Source: Candidatus Saccharimonadota bacterium (GTDB taxonomy: Bacteria > Patescibacteriota > Gracilibacteria > BD1-5 > UBA2023). Taken from it: 32,000 nt of DNA. Below the pieces are notes generated by a model that was given only the letters and a program-made list of their open reading frames with translations, had not been told where the DNA came from and ran no database searches. The position numbers and the translations under genes were made by a program. Positions 1 through 10,932 of this stretch are shown in pieces; the stretch's first letter is position 1, and each line of letters starts with the position of its first letter. Location: the NCBI GenBank assembly GCA_963706795.1, contig OY970170.1, forward strand, positions 540,001 through 572,000. The letters are read 5' to 3'.

Positions 1-198
1 TATGGAAATACCACCATTTCTACCTTTTTGCGAACGAATAATATTCGCATGTTCAAGATCATTCGCAATTTTTCGAATGAGGGACTCCGAGATCGCCATT
101 TCTTGAGCGACGACCGAAATTTTTAGAATTCCATCATGTGCGAGGAGATAACGAACGAGCAGCATTGCATACTCGCCACGCGCAGAAATCTTAAGCAT
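1..198 (-). CDS. Rrf2 family transcriptional regulator (5' part only; gene runs off the window start)
   Basis: Minus-strand translation from the ATG at 198-196 gives MLKISARGEYAMLLVRYLLAHDGILKISVVAQEMAISESLIRKIANDLEHANIIRSQKGRNGGISI. This is a winged-HTH with the Rrf2-type G-R-x-G-G signature. The start overlaps the era stop by 8 nt. Confidence 0.75.
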   Translation of the reverse strand, partial: MLKISARGEYAMLLVRYLLAHDGILKISVVAQEMAISESLIRKIANDLEHANIIRSQKGRNGGISI

Positions 199-1030
199 GC
201 GGGAAGAGTGAATCCACAATATATGCGTTCTTACGCCAATTTGGTGTTACTTTTGCGCGCAAGAAGAGATGAATTGGACGATCTAAAATATCTGTCAAAA
301 TCAGACGTGATGCCGTACTGATTTCTTGGATTTTTGCACCTCACTTCCCAATCAGGATCTTCTTTTGCGAATCACGCTCTACATGAACATACGCAAGGAC
401 TCGAAGCCCCTTTGGTGTCTCATCGAGGCTTTCTACTTCAACAAAAAGTGCGTGTGGGATTTCTTCTTCGAGAAGCAAAAATGACTGTTCACGAATGACT
501 TCCGAGATACGTGTATAGAGGTCTTGATCTGTATAATAATCCTCATCATAGAGCATCGGCCCCTCAGGGAGAACATGCGCGATTTCAGCAAGAAGTTGGT
601 CATATTCGCCATCTTTGTCAGACACGACAATCGCGTCACTCGGGAGTTTACGCGCTTTAGGAAGATCAGATTTCGTGTAGATTGTAATGACTGGTTTTGT
701 AACCTTTGAAAGAAGCGTATCAATACGAGCATCTTCTTCTCAAGCAGTACGACTCGCATCGATAAGGCGCAAAATAACGTCTGCCTGATCGAGTGATTTT
801 CGTGCCTGTGCATTGATTGCCTCGATGAGCAATTCACCTCCTTCATGGAGACCAGGGGTATCTAAAAAGATTGCCTGCATTTCACTGTCTGTAAAAATAC
901 CGCGAATCGTTTTACGAGTAGTTTGCGGTGCTGCCGAAACAATAGATACCTTCTCGCCAATAATAGCATTGAGAAGGCTAGATTTACCAGTATTTGGTCT
1001 TCCTACGAGTGCTACGAAGCCTACTTTCAT
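191..1030 (-). CDS. era: GTPase Era
   Basis: ATG at 1030. The gene joins across in-frame TGA at 740-742 and 341-343. It carries the G1 motif GRPNTGKSSLLN, DTPG, and a C-terminal KH domain ILIGK-G(TGA)-GAKIQEI. It ends at TAA 191-193, giving 279 aa. Confidence 0.9.
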
Positions 1031-1287
1031 GATTTTTTTTGAAATGATTTTTTTAATTCTTGGATCCTACGCGCAAGCTCTTCACTCGACTTTACGGGAT
1101 TCATATAGGAATACATCGTGCCATCAAAGAGAACCGTTGGACTTTGCTTGCAATTTGCCTGGCAGAGACATGTGTCGAGCTCAACTCCCTTATATCAGAG
1201 CCTTTCAACATCTCACTGGAGTCGCATCATTACATACTTTGATCACCGCTCACTACAACTTTTACCGTTACATACTGAGATTTTCAT
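1021..1287 (-). CDS. thioredoxin-like (NuoE-type) [2Fe-2S] ferredoxin, 88 aa
   Basis: It is absent from the ORF track because it contains four in-frame TGA. Translation is MKISVCNGKSCSERGSKYVMMRLQGDVERLGYKGVELDTCLCQANCKQSPTVLFDGTMYSYMNPVKSSEELARRIQELKKSFQKKSGK. The Cys spacing C-x4-C ... C-x3-C followed by P-x-V-x-F is typical of this ferredoxin family. The start overlaps the SOR 3' end by 20 nt, and the TAG stop at 1021-1023 overlaps the era start by 10 nt. Confidence 0.65.
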
Positions 1288-1753
1288 AATTGATTCATTT
1301 CCAAATACCGTGTTCTATACAGGATGCCCTAATTTCTCATACTTCGTCCAAATCGACTGCAAAATGAGCAATCGGCTCATCTGTGGGTGCAAAATACATG
1401 CGTTCGATGAGATCGCCCGCCGTATCTCGAGCCTCTATCCACTCGATAAAATGTCATTCTTCTTGTGGGTGTTCATCGCCATAGGCACCAATAGTTACGA
1501 CCACTTCATCATCAATCATGCGATAGATTGGAGCATGTTGGGATTCCATTTCGGTCATATCTTCAAGATCCGATATTTCTACCGCTTCTTCGACAACTTC
1601 GACAAATTGGTCTTTTGTTGCCTCACAATGAGGGCAATTAAATGTCGTTTCGTCTATGTATTCAAAAGGAGTACCTGGCATAATACCGAGTTCTTCAATC
1701 CCCATTTTGGAGTCATAGATGTAACGGCACTCGGTGCAAACAGCTCTGGACAT
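1268..1753 (-). CDS. rubredoxin-superoxide reductase fusion protein, 161 aa
   Basis: I place the start at ATG 1753; the track ORF begins at an upstream TTG at 1771. The N-terminus is rubredoxin-like (CTEC ... CPHC with GTPFE). The C-terminus is a neelaredoxin/SOR core: HAPIY, EHPQEE-G-HFIEWIE and SCIEHGIWK (His/Cys iron-ligand motifs). It has three in-frame TGA and stops at TAA 1268-1270. Confidence 0.75.
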
Positions 1754-1887
1754 ATATCTTGTATAGACCAAAAGCCAAAAAACGCAAGCATGGCCGGGTA
1801 ATTGACTTTTCCGTACTTTCAGTACGATGAATCAAATCCAAGAATCGAAATCGCCTTCGGGGCGCCACTACTCATAAAAATAATTTC

Positions 1888-3420
1888 ATGCCGCAATTGC
1901 TCATCTGACTCCTCGCCTGAGGGGTTGTCTCGGGTATTCTATCGTTTGTTATCATAACAAAGAAGATCCGATCACTCGCCGTTCAAGAAGAATCCAAAGC
2001 TAAAAAGATTATCCAAGATGCCGACGACCGAGCTCGTAGTATTACTACCGAAGCTCACCGCAGAGCCGAGGAAGAACGATCAAAAATCTTCGAAGAACGC
2101 CGTGAATCCAAAGAACGAGAACGTCGAATCCAAGAACTCGAAGAGAAATTCCTCCAAAAAGAAGACCGTATCGAAAAGAAGCTCGAAGAAATCGAGACCC
2201 GCATGGAAACTGTACGCACCAAAGAATCCGAGCTCGAAGATCGCAGAAGAAGCCAAGAAAAAATCAATGATGAACTCCGCGAAGAACTCGCAAAGGTATC
2301 ACGTCTTTCAGAGACAGAAGCACGCGATCTCCTCATGAAACGCACAGAAGAACGCTACGAAAAAGACATCCTTGGACTCATTGAAAAGAAACGTGTCGAT
2401 CTTAAAATCCGTGAAGCAGAGCTTTCAAAAGAGATTCTTATCAAGTCAATCCAGCAATATGCTGGTGATGTCACTGGTGAAACAACACAGACCCTCATCC
2501 ATCTCGAGTCCGATGATGTCAAAGGAAAGCTCATCGGAAAAGAAGGTCGCAATATCATTGCTTTCGAGCGTGCAACGGGAGTTTCGCTCATTATCGACGA
2601 CACACCAGACACGGTATTTATCTCAAGTTTTGACCTCTTCCGTCGCTATATAGCAAAGAAATCTCTCGAAGAACTCATCGAGGATAAGCGCATCCAGCCA
2701 GCTCGCATCGAAGAAATTGTCGAAGAAAATCAAAAAGAAGCCGAAAAACTCATCTATGATCTCGGACAAAAAACCCTCAATGAAATGGGAATTGTTGGGA
2801 TCCCTGAAGAAATCGTACCACTCATAGGTAAATTTCGATTCCGCACAAGCTACGGGCAAAATATCCTCATGCACTCAAAAGAAGTTGCCTATATCGCAGA
2901 ATCCATAGCCAAGCTCATTGGTGCGGATTCTTCACTCGCTTTTAAGGGAGGACTTCTCCATGATCTTGGCAAATCGATGGATCACGATATCGAAGGATCT
3001 CACCCTGAAATCGGTGGGAAAATCGCTCGCAAATATGGTCTCGATGAAAAGCTCGTCAATATCATCGAAGGTCACCATGACGGAGTGCCACAGATCTGTA
3101 TCGAGACAAAGATCGTTCAAATCGCTGATGCCATCAGTGCAGTTCGACCATGAGCACGCCGAATGAATGCCGAAGAATACGTAAAACGTATCGTCGAAAT
3201 GGAAAATATCGCCATGAGCTTCTCTGGAGTTTCCAAGGCCTACGCACTCTCAGCAGGACGCGAAGTTCGTGTGTTTGTTGATGCCGAAACTATCTCGGAT
3301 CTCGCAGCCGAAAAACTCGCCCAAGAAATTGCCGGTTCCATCGAAGCGAACCTCAGCTATCCAGGAGAAGTAAAGGTTAATCTCATCCGAGAAAGACGCA
3401 TTATAGAATACGCTCGCTAA
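1888..3420 (+). CDS. rny: ribonuclease Y
   Basis: ATG at 1888. It has an N-terminal TM helix (LIGLLAGGVVSGILSFVII), a K/E-rich coiled coil, a KH domain (GKLIGKEGRNIIAFE) and an HD domain (LLHDLGK, EGHHD). In-frame TGA occur at 1906, 1918 and 3154. The TGA at 3154 sits in the conserved SAVRP-G-ARR. It gives 510 aa and stops at TAA 3418-3420. Confidence 0.92.
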
Positions 3421-3429
3421 TATACGTTT

Positions 3430-4206
3430 ATGTATCCAGAGATCATACTTCCATTTTTAGACATCAAGATATTTACCTTCGGACTGGCGCTTTCGCTAGC
3501 ATTCGGACTTTTCTTCTTCATGCTCTACAAGCTCTCCGTCAAGACAGGAATTAATTCAAATTTCTTCTTCGGAAGTGCATTGCCGCTTGTCCTCTCAACA
3601 TTTATATTTGCACGACTTGTATTCATTTTCTCACAGTGGCGAGATTACAAATATCTCGTAACAGACCGCTTCCTCCATTTCTTTTTAATGAATGATTATA
3701 ATCTCTCATTCATTGGAGGGGTGATTGGATTTGTCCTGGTTCTCGGCTACAAGCTCATTCGCTTTAATCAGCCACAAGAAAAATATGTCGATACAGTGGT
3801 TCTTGCCTTTTTGTTTGCGGCAGTGATCGGATATATTGGTGCATTCCTCGGCGGTCAGATTTATGGTCGACCAACCGAACTTGCAATCGGGATCGTCTAC
3901 AAATACGAAAATGCTAATGTTCCCTATACATCGGCGATCATTCCTCTTGCTGTTTTCTATTCGATTGGATGTTTCTTTCTATTCTCAGGACTCTATATTC
4001 TCCGCGAGATATTTAAGATAGATGGATTTGTCGGATATATTGGAATTGCCTTCTTTTCACTTATGCTCCTCGTTTGAGAATTTTTCTCAGGCTCGGATGA
4101 TATTCTCAGTAACACACTCTATCTTAATTTCACCCAGATTGGCGCGCTCTTGGGTCTGATTTTTGCTATCAGATGACTCCTGCGTCTTTCAAAAAAACAC
4201 TCCTAG
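3430..4206 (+). CDS. lgt: prolipoprotein diacylglyceryl transferase-like membrane protein
   Basis: Polytopic membrane protein. The segment GAFLGGQIYGRPTELAIGIVY resembles the Lgt G-x-x-x-G-R-P-T core. Two in-frame TGA lie near the 3' end, and it stops at TAG 4204-4206. The assignment rests on a motif only. Confidence 0.55.
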
Positions 4207-5654
4207 GAAAGGGAATATACTTCTCCGTTTTTAGTATCTGCTTGCTCCTGTCGATCGGGTGTATTACTAGCTGATTTTACTACGGAGTGATATGACTCGC
4301 ATGTATTGTTCTCAGTATGTTCTGAGTACGATGAATGCGAGTTTTATGATCTTTAGCACTCTTCTGAGTATTTTTAGGAAGCGGTATTTCCTTGTATTTT
4401 AGCCATCAATACGAACAGGATCGAAGCGAGCTTATAGCTCTTTTAAGTGAAAAAAATACCCATCAAGCAGAAGTTATCTCCATTCGCTGAGACAGAAATG
4501 GACAACTTCGACTCATGCTTAAAATCATATATTGATCAAAAGAATACTTCTTCGAATCATCCTTTACCAGCGGACTGAAGATTATTCCTTGAAGTATTCT
4601 CACCCTCGAAAAGCTCACCCGCAAACGCGAATCTCTCGAATATCTCTATTCACAAGGTCTTCTTGCTAGTTTGCAATGAAATATCACAGATATTCTTGCC
4701 CCTCAAGTCATTTCACCATTCGCACGGATTCGATCGGGCGTCAATACTGGACTCATTGCCATCCTTCCAGAGAATGAAGCTGCACTTGCCGCAGGCATGC
4801 TCGTCTGAGAAAAATCCCTCTTCAGTGATACACTCTATGCTGGCTACCAACGCATTGGACTCTCTCATCTCATCGTCGTAAGTGGGAGTAATATCGCTCT
4901 TGTTCTCATTACTCTTCTCGTCTTTACGAGATGGATGTGACGAAATATTCGCTTACCGTTACTTATAGCGCTCACTGTAGGGTACATCATTTTAGTTGGC
5001 GGGGATGCACCCGTAATACGAGCTGGTATCATGGGTCTCATTGCATACAGCTTTGTCGAATTTGGCAATCGTGTCGATGCAGTAAGAACCTTACTCTTTG
5101 CTTCGGTGATTCTTTGTATTATCTCACCCTATAGTTTGCTCTATGATGCAGGATTTCAACTCTCGGCACTCGCGACTCTGGGGCTTATTTGTGCGAGTCC
5201 GGATATCAAGAGATTTCTGGATTGGATACGTACTCCAAAGTGGCTTGGTGAAATTATCGCGACGAGCATGGCTGCTTCTCTTTTTACACTTCCCATTACA
5301 CTTTCGATTTTTGGTTCGACACATATGGCGAGTATTCTCGCCAATATCGTCATCGCACCATTTGTAGGGATATCACTCATTGGATGAGTGATTGCACTTA
5401 TTGCCAGCATAATCTGACATGGAATAGGCTATGCGCTCGGTTATATCGGATTTTGGCCCATCTACCTCTGTAATACCATCGCTCTTTGGTTTTCAGATTT
5501 CCCCTGACAGGTCACCCTTCCGCTCGGAGAATGGCGAATTTGGGTAGGAATGATCTTTTGATCGATAGATATACTCTGGATTCTCTTTTTTCTTGTTTCT
5601 AGAATTCCTCCAATTTCGTCCGTCGCAAACGCTTCTCAACCTCATCCAGGATAA
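4173..5654 (+). CDS. comEC: DNA internalization competence protein ComEC/Rec2 (competence domain only, ~493 aa)
   Basis: ATG at 4173 overlaps lgt by 34 nt. The frame is open through many TGA. Motifs are GLSHLIVVSGSNIALV, APVIRAGIMGLIAY and DAGFQLSALATLGLI. It stops at TAA 5652-5654. No C-terminal metallo-beta-lactamase domain is present. Confidence 0.8.
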
Positions 5655-6267
5655 ATCGGGTATAGGCTTCGGATTTTTTTGTTTCAATAATAAATCCTGC
5701 CTCTGACAGGAATATCTCAAAAAAGCGTGCCATTGCTACAATAATCTCGTTTCTCAGTGGTGAATCCAACTGCGTAATGAGCTTCTTGGTAAGCAAAACC
5801 GAAATATTGCTTGTCAGGGACGAAAAAAGAATTTCTACCCAGAGATTGATGTAGCTTCTTTCATCGTCACTGAGGAGTTTTTCATCAAAGTGCACAGGAA
5901 TATCGCGCTTTTGAGGTACTGGTATTTTTACAGCGAGCGAAAGATGATCCGCGAGTGCTCGAAGTCCTTTATCAAATGAGATTGCCGAAAAAGCAAGCAC
6001 AGCAATAGAGGGGACATCATTTTTAAGCAAAAAGAGGAGTCCATCTACCACATGATCATATTTTGCGTCTTTGAGCAGCTCAATCAAAATTCCCGCAAGC
6101 ACATCTGAGTGCTTACGAGCTCTTGATTCGTCTTTTCGGGATTTTTGAATACCAGCTAGGGCCTTACTCGAGCGTTCACGTTGTTTTTCACTCGATTCCT
6201 TCGGACCTTCGGAAGGTCCTTCTGGAGCACCTGTGTCGCCAGTATCAAAATTGTCTAAACTGTCCAT
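5599..6267 (-). CDS. hypothetical protein, 222 aa
   Basis: The ORF is uninterrupted. It has a charged, disordered N-terminus (DTGDTGAPEGPSEGPKESSEKQRERSSK) followed by a helical body. Its ATG overlaps the glyA stop by 13 nt, and its 3' end overlaps the convergent comEC 3' end by 56 nt. I recognised no motif. Confidence 0.6.
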   Translation of the reverse strand: MDSLDNFDTGDTGAPEGPSEGPKESSEKQRERSSKALAGIQKSRKDESRARKHSDVLAGILIELLKDAKYDHVVDGLLFLLKNDVPSIAVLAFSAISFDKGLRALADHLSLAVKIPVPQKRDIPVHFDEKLLSDDERSYINLWVEILFSSLTSNISVLLTKKLITQLDSPLRNEIIVAMARFFEIFLSEAGFIIETKKSEAYTRFILDEVEKRLRRTKLEEF

Positions 6268-7499
6268 AAATCTTTGTCCAAATAGATAGGAAACTCTTTA
6301 CAGAGAGTTCGAATTTGATTTTTGAGTGTATTTTGTATCTGTATATCTCATGGATGCGAAAGTGCTTCGTGCATAATATCAGCGAGTATTTGCATTTCAT
6401 TTTCAGTCATTCCGCGCGTGGTAACTGCGGGTGTTCCTACGCGAATCCCCGATGGATCCATAGGTTTACGTTCATCAAACGGAATCATATTCTTGTTCAC
6501 AGAAATTCCAATATTCTCAAGAATGATTTCTGCTTCTTTGCCTCCCAAATTATAGCTCTTTGCTACATCTAAAAGTAATAGATGATTGTCCGTGCCTCCA
6601 GAAACAACACGCACGCCATGCTTTATGAGTGCATTCGCGAGAGATTGTGCATTCGTAATTACTTGCTTCGCATAGGTTTTAAATTCAGGCTTTAGTGCTT
6701 CTCAAAATGCGATCGCCTTGGCAGCAATCGTATGTTCGTGTGGGCCTCACTGACATCCAGGAAATACAGCACGGGCAATATCTGCGCCGTAGCGTTCTTT
6801 TGAGAGAATAATCGCACCCCGTGGTCATCTCAGTGTCTTGTGCGTCGTAGTCGTAACTACATCACAATACGGAACTGGATTTTGAAGCACTCCAGCCGCC
6901 ACAAGTCCGGCAATATGTGCCATATCAGCTACCAGATATGCACCTACTTCGTCTGCAATCGCACGGAATCCTGCCCAATCAAGATCACGAGAATATGCAG
7001 AAAATCCCGTGACGATCATCTTTGGTTTGAATTCTCTTGCCAACTTTGCCACTTCTGCCATATCGATCAATTCCGTCACCGGATCGACTCCATAAAATTC
7101 AAAAGTATAGAGCTGTCCTGAAACACTCAGTTTATGACCATGCGTCAGATGTCCACCATGATCGAGTCGAAGCGAGAGTATTTTATCTCATGGAACCAAG
7201 AGTGCACTATATACAGCAAGATTCGCGGGAGAGCCTGAGAGTGGCTGAACATTTGCATATTCTGCACCAAAGAGTTCTTTAGCGAGATCGATCGCCTTAT
7301 TTTCTATGAGGTCGATATATTTCTGACCGGCATAGTAACGCTTTCATGGGTATCCTTCAGAATACTTATTAGTGAGTATCGATGCGTTCGCTCGGAGAAC
7401 ATCAACAGAGACATAATTTTCACTGGCAATGAGCTCGATTTCTTCTTCTTGGCGTATACGTTCTTGGTCTATAAGTTTGAATATTTCATCTCGAATCAT
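6255..7499 (-). CDS. glyA: serine hydroxymethyltransferase
   Basis: ATG at 7499. Motifs are [35 protein letters not shown] (PLP lysine region) and [12 protein letters not shown]. It has six in-frame TGA, stops at TAG 6255-6257 and gives 414 aa. Confidence 0.93.
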
Positions 7500-7502
7500 G
7501 GT

Positions 7503-8825
7503 CTACTGGGTAATGGGTTTTTGGAAATGGTCGATGGTTTCTTTTCTGAGTTTTCCAGAAAGTTGGTATTCAATGATTTGCTTCGCTGTATCAAGCACTC
7601 TATCAAATCGATTTGTGAGATCTTCTGGTAAAAGCTTGATGGCGACATCTGGATTGATTCAGAGTTTATCAATTCATTTTCCATTCGGTGTATACCATCG
7701 TGCGACAGTAATTTTAATCTCAGAAGTACCATTGAGATGGAACGCCTCTTGCACAGATCACTTACCATATGATTTAGAACCGACGACGATAGCTATACCA
7801 TAATCTTGAAGCGCACCTGCAGTAATCTCTGATGCTGATGCTGAATTTTCATTAATAAGTACAATGATTGGAAGTGTTGGTCTCTTACCACCTTCGGCAA
7901 AATATTTTTGATTGTGGTCCTCATCTATTCCACGAGTCTCGACGAGGAGCTTGCCACTATCGACAAAATTCGACAACATGGTCACAGAAGTCCCCAGAAG
8001 ACCTCCTGGATTATCTCTCAGATCTAGGACGAGTGCTTGCATTCCTGATGCAGTGAGCGAATTATATGCACGATTGAATTCTTCGGGCGTAGTTTCTCCA
8101 AAGATACCAACCGTAATAAGTCCTATTTTTGTCTTGTCGATCATTTTAGAAATCACCGAAGGAACCTGAACATGACGACGTGTAAGCTTTTTTTCAAACT
8201 TTTCGTTTTTTTGTGAAGGACGCATAATTGCGAGTAGAACCTGACTTCCTGCTGGACCTCGGATTTTTTTAACAGCATCTTCTATACTCAGATCCTTTAT
8301 AGCCTCACCATCAACCTTTTCGATTATATCACCCTCAGTAATTCCTGCTTCTTTGGCTGGCGAGCCTTCAAATGTCTGTTTTACCAGGATTCCGCCATCC
8401 GTTTTGCCAACGTATGCACCGATTCACTCAAAATTCCCAGAGAGGGCTTCATTAAATTTTTTGGTTTCATCCTCATCAAAATATACTGAATGTGGATCAC
8501 CAAGTGAATCAACCATTCCTCGGATCATACCGGTGACTAAAGCATCTTTTGTAACGGTCGAAAATCCATAATATTTCTGTGAAACCATATCATAGGCTTC
8601 CTTAAGCCTCGAGAGTGGGATCTCAGAATCAAATTTTCGTGCTCAAATGATTCAAAGACTCGTATCTTGACCAGAGCTCGTTGACATGAGTTTATCAAGA
8701 ATAGTCCCATTCGGAATATGAGGCGGAGAAAGGGTTGCTACGATAAATCCAATAACAAAAGCGAATACAATTGTGAGAAAATATCTTGTGGTAGTAGAAA
8801 AAATAGGCCGATTGTGTTCGTGCAT
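7503..8825 (-). CDS. ctp: carboxy-terminal processing peptidase, family S41
   Basis: ATG at 8825. It has an N-terminal TM anchor (YFLTIVFAFVIGFIVA), a PDZ region (GIGAYVGKTDGGILV ... GSPAKEAGITEGDII) and an S41 core (LVLDLRDNPGGLL, LINENSASASEI). It has six in-frame TGA. The TAG stop at 7503-7505 lies 3 nt before the glyA ATG. Confidence 0.85.
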
Positions 8826-9077
8826 GCGTAATAATGTGAAAAAGCTCTAATTCCGTTTTATCAAAGTTATCCTAGGTGTTTTCGAAGGAAAGACAAGAAA
8901 AAGGCTCCATTATTTTACGGTAGAAAGAGTGTTTAAAACCTTGTGAGTTTCCTTTTATAATGAGATTACCTTGGCAAGAAGTTTTTTTGAATGTTAAAAA
9001 CAAACTCAAAGTTTGTATCGTGTATCATAAATTACAAAACAACATTTTCTATTTATAATAAGTACTAAATTAAATTT

Positions 9078-9099
9078 TATATATCTATTATATATCTAT
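9078..9099. repeat. perfect 2 x 11-nt tandem direct repeat (TATATATCTAT)
   Basis: Positions 9078-9088 and 9089-9099 are identical. The repeat ends 9 nt upstream of the ATG at 9109, inside a 283-nt AT-rich divergent intergenic region. Confidence 0.8.
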
Positions 9100-9108
9100 A
9101 CTCCCTGT

Positions 9109-9411
9109 ATGTTGTTTTCTCGAATCCTCGAAAAATATAGAAAAAAGAAAGAGCGACGACTCATTGTTCGTGAGTTGATTCTTTCTTTGCGCGTGGATGA
9201 ACGTCAGAGAAGTCTCTTCTTGGAATCACTCGATATTCTCGATGAGCCAGGAATGCTCGCGCTCTATGAACGTCTATTGCAATTTGTAGAGAGTATCGAA
9301 GATAAAAAACTACATATTTCCAAGGACAAAATCAGTACCATACACGAAAAAGAGCGTCTCGACCGACAAAAAGATGCATGAAGTTTCAATTTTTTGCTGG
9401 ATAATGTATAA
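9109..9411 (+). CDS. hypothetical helical protein, 100 aa
   Basis: ATG at 9109. The track ORF (9109-9381) continues through TGA 9379-9381 to TAA 9409-9411. It is a charged helical protein with no recognised motif. Confidence 0.45.
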
Positions 9412-9418
9412 TACAAAT

Positions 9419-9556
9419 ATGAACATGGATATTATCGATCGCGTTCCCAATTCTGAGGAAACACTCAAGACTGATCTTTTGCGATCATGAGAGTTTGCGA
9501 GTGCGAATTCCAAAGCACTTCAGGATTTTTTTAAAAAAACCTTGAACGTTGCATAA
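9419..9556 (+). CDS. small hypothetical protein, 45 aa
   Basis: Translation is MNMDIIDRVPNSEETLKTDLLRSGEFASANSKALQDFFKKTLNVA with one internal TGA. The TAA stop directly abuts the ATG of the next gene (TAAATG). Support is from gene packing only. Confidence 0.3.
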
Positions 9557-10930
9557 ATGAGATACTTTCAGGTCGTCGCCGCCAAAAACAACGAGCGCGT
9601 CGAACTCGTTGTAAAGTACGAAACCGAGCACGAGGCACGGGAGAGTTTGCATGCGCAAGGCTACTCCATTATCGAAATACGAGAAACTAATGCCGATACC
9701 GAAAAACGAACGGGATCGATTTTTTATTTTGATGTCCGTATTTCTGGGCAGAAAAAAAGCGGACAGATTTCTTCGGATGATATATTCCGAGCTTATAAAA
9801 AACTCGTAGATGATCTTGGTTATGAGGTCCTTGCCATCTATACAACTAAAGATGCCAATGACGAAGAGAAAATTTTTACAACGAGCAAAGTTCGAGAAAG
9901 TTACGCTGCATATGCACAAGTAAAAAAAGAATCTGCACCAGCAAAAGAAATCCCACAGACTCAAGAACAAAAAAAAGAGAAAGATAATCACCAGATTCTT
10001 GAGATCGATACCGTTCTCGGTCGTGAAATAGCGAGATATCAAGGATTGATCATGCGCGTCTACGAAAAAATTGAAAATATTCTCGTAACCTATGCGACTG
10101 AGATTTCAGAAGAACGAAAGCTCAAACTCCAAAATCTTCTTGGAAGTCTCAGACAGATCAGACAGATAACTAATATCGATAAACTCAAGCTCATTGGTGA
10201 GGCTTCGCTCATAAAAATTGGAGAACTCGAGATGGAGCTTGCAGGAAGTCGTTCTGATATCAAACGCTCTGATTTTCTGAAAGATACGAATAAGCTCCTG
10301 AAGAATTTTTGATCAAGTAAAAAGATTGGTTCGGAAACCGATGAATTTAAGGCAAAGCTCAAATTTATTTTTACGTCGCTCATCGAGGATTTTAATACGA
10401 AGGCAGATGCTTCTGATGAGGCTAAAAAATCGGCCGTAGATACATCCGGGTATGTCTATTATAAAAATCTCAGAGAGCTTGGAATTTACAAAGAAAAACT
10501 CCGAGAACTCAATAGGGAAATTCTCAAATCATTCTTCGCTCCAGTCGAAAAAAAGAATCGTCTTGCCCTCAAAAAGCGACTCCTTATTCAAAATATCTCG
10601 CTCATCCAAAATCGCATTGAGAGCAAGAAATTCTCATATACACGGATTGTAAAAGGCTTCGAGTACTACGAAGATGTACTCTTCTATGTGCTGCGATCTA
10701 CCTCTGATTTTGTACTCTATGTACTCTTATTTGTGGGTGTATTTTTGATTATGCGAGATGCACTTACTCCATTTGTAAATGTTGGTGGAGATATTGGTGA
10801 AATTCTCTTGCTACTGACTCTTTTGTCATATTTCGCACTCCTTTTTAATGGAGTTCGTACGCTCTTTGCAACAGGAATGGCCACGACTATCTTTGCCTGT
10901 ATTGTACTGGCTCTCGAAATTAATTTTTAA
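9557..10930 (+). CDS. hypothetical coiled-coil membrane protein with two PilC/GspF-N-terminus-like modules, 457 aa
   Basis: Track ORFs 9557-10312 and 10688-10930 share one frame across TGA 10310-10312, with no TAA/TAG between them. It has two N-terminal ~45-aa modules (MRYFQVVAAKNNERVELVVKYETEHEARESLHAQGYSIIEIRE and SIFYFDVRISGQKKSGQISSDDIFRAYKKLVDDLGYEVLAIY). These are followed by a long K/E-rich coiled coil and hydrophobic C-terminal helices. Confidence 0.6.
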
Positions 10931-10932
10931 AA

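Noticed and set aside
433-1801. Long ORFs 433-846 (-), 813-1289 (+) and 1118-1801 (+, 227 aa).
   Set aside because: They lie antisense or out of frame to era, the ferredoxin and the Rd-SOR gene. They have low-complexity or odd composition with no motifs, and the overlapping genes have clear signatures.
8826-9108. A possible tRNA or small RNA in the 283-nt AT-rich intergenic region; also checked at 19763-20200 and 23702-23903.
   Set aside because: No T-loop (GTTCGA/GTTCAA with flanking stem) or acceptor-stem pairing is visible on either strand. The only features are AT-rich promoter-like hexamers and a short T-run.
9485-10042. 185-aa minus-strand ORF.
   Set aside because: It is antisense to the 9557-10930 gene and is a Phe/Ile/Cys-rich product of an AT-rich antisense frame. 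It has no start context or motif.
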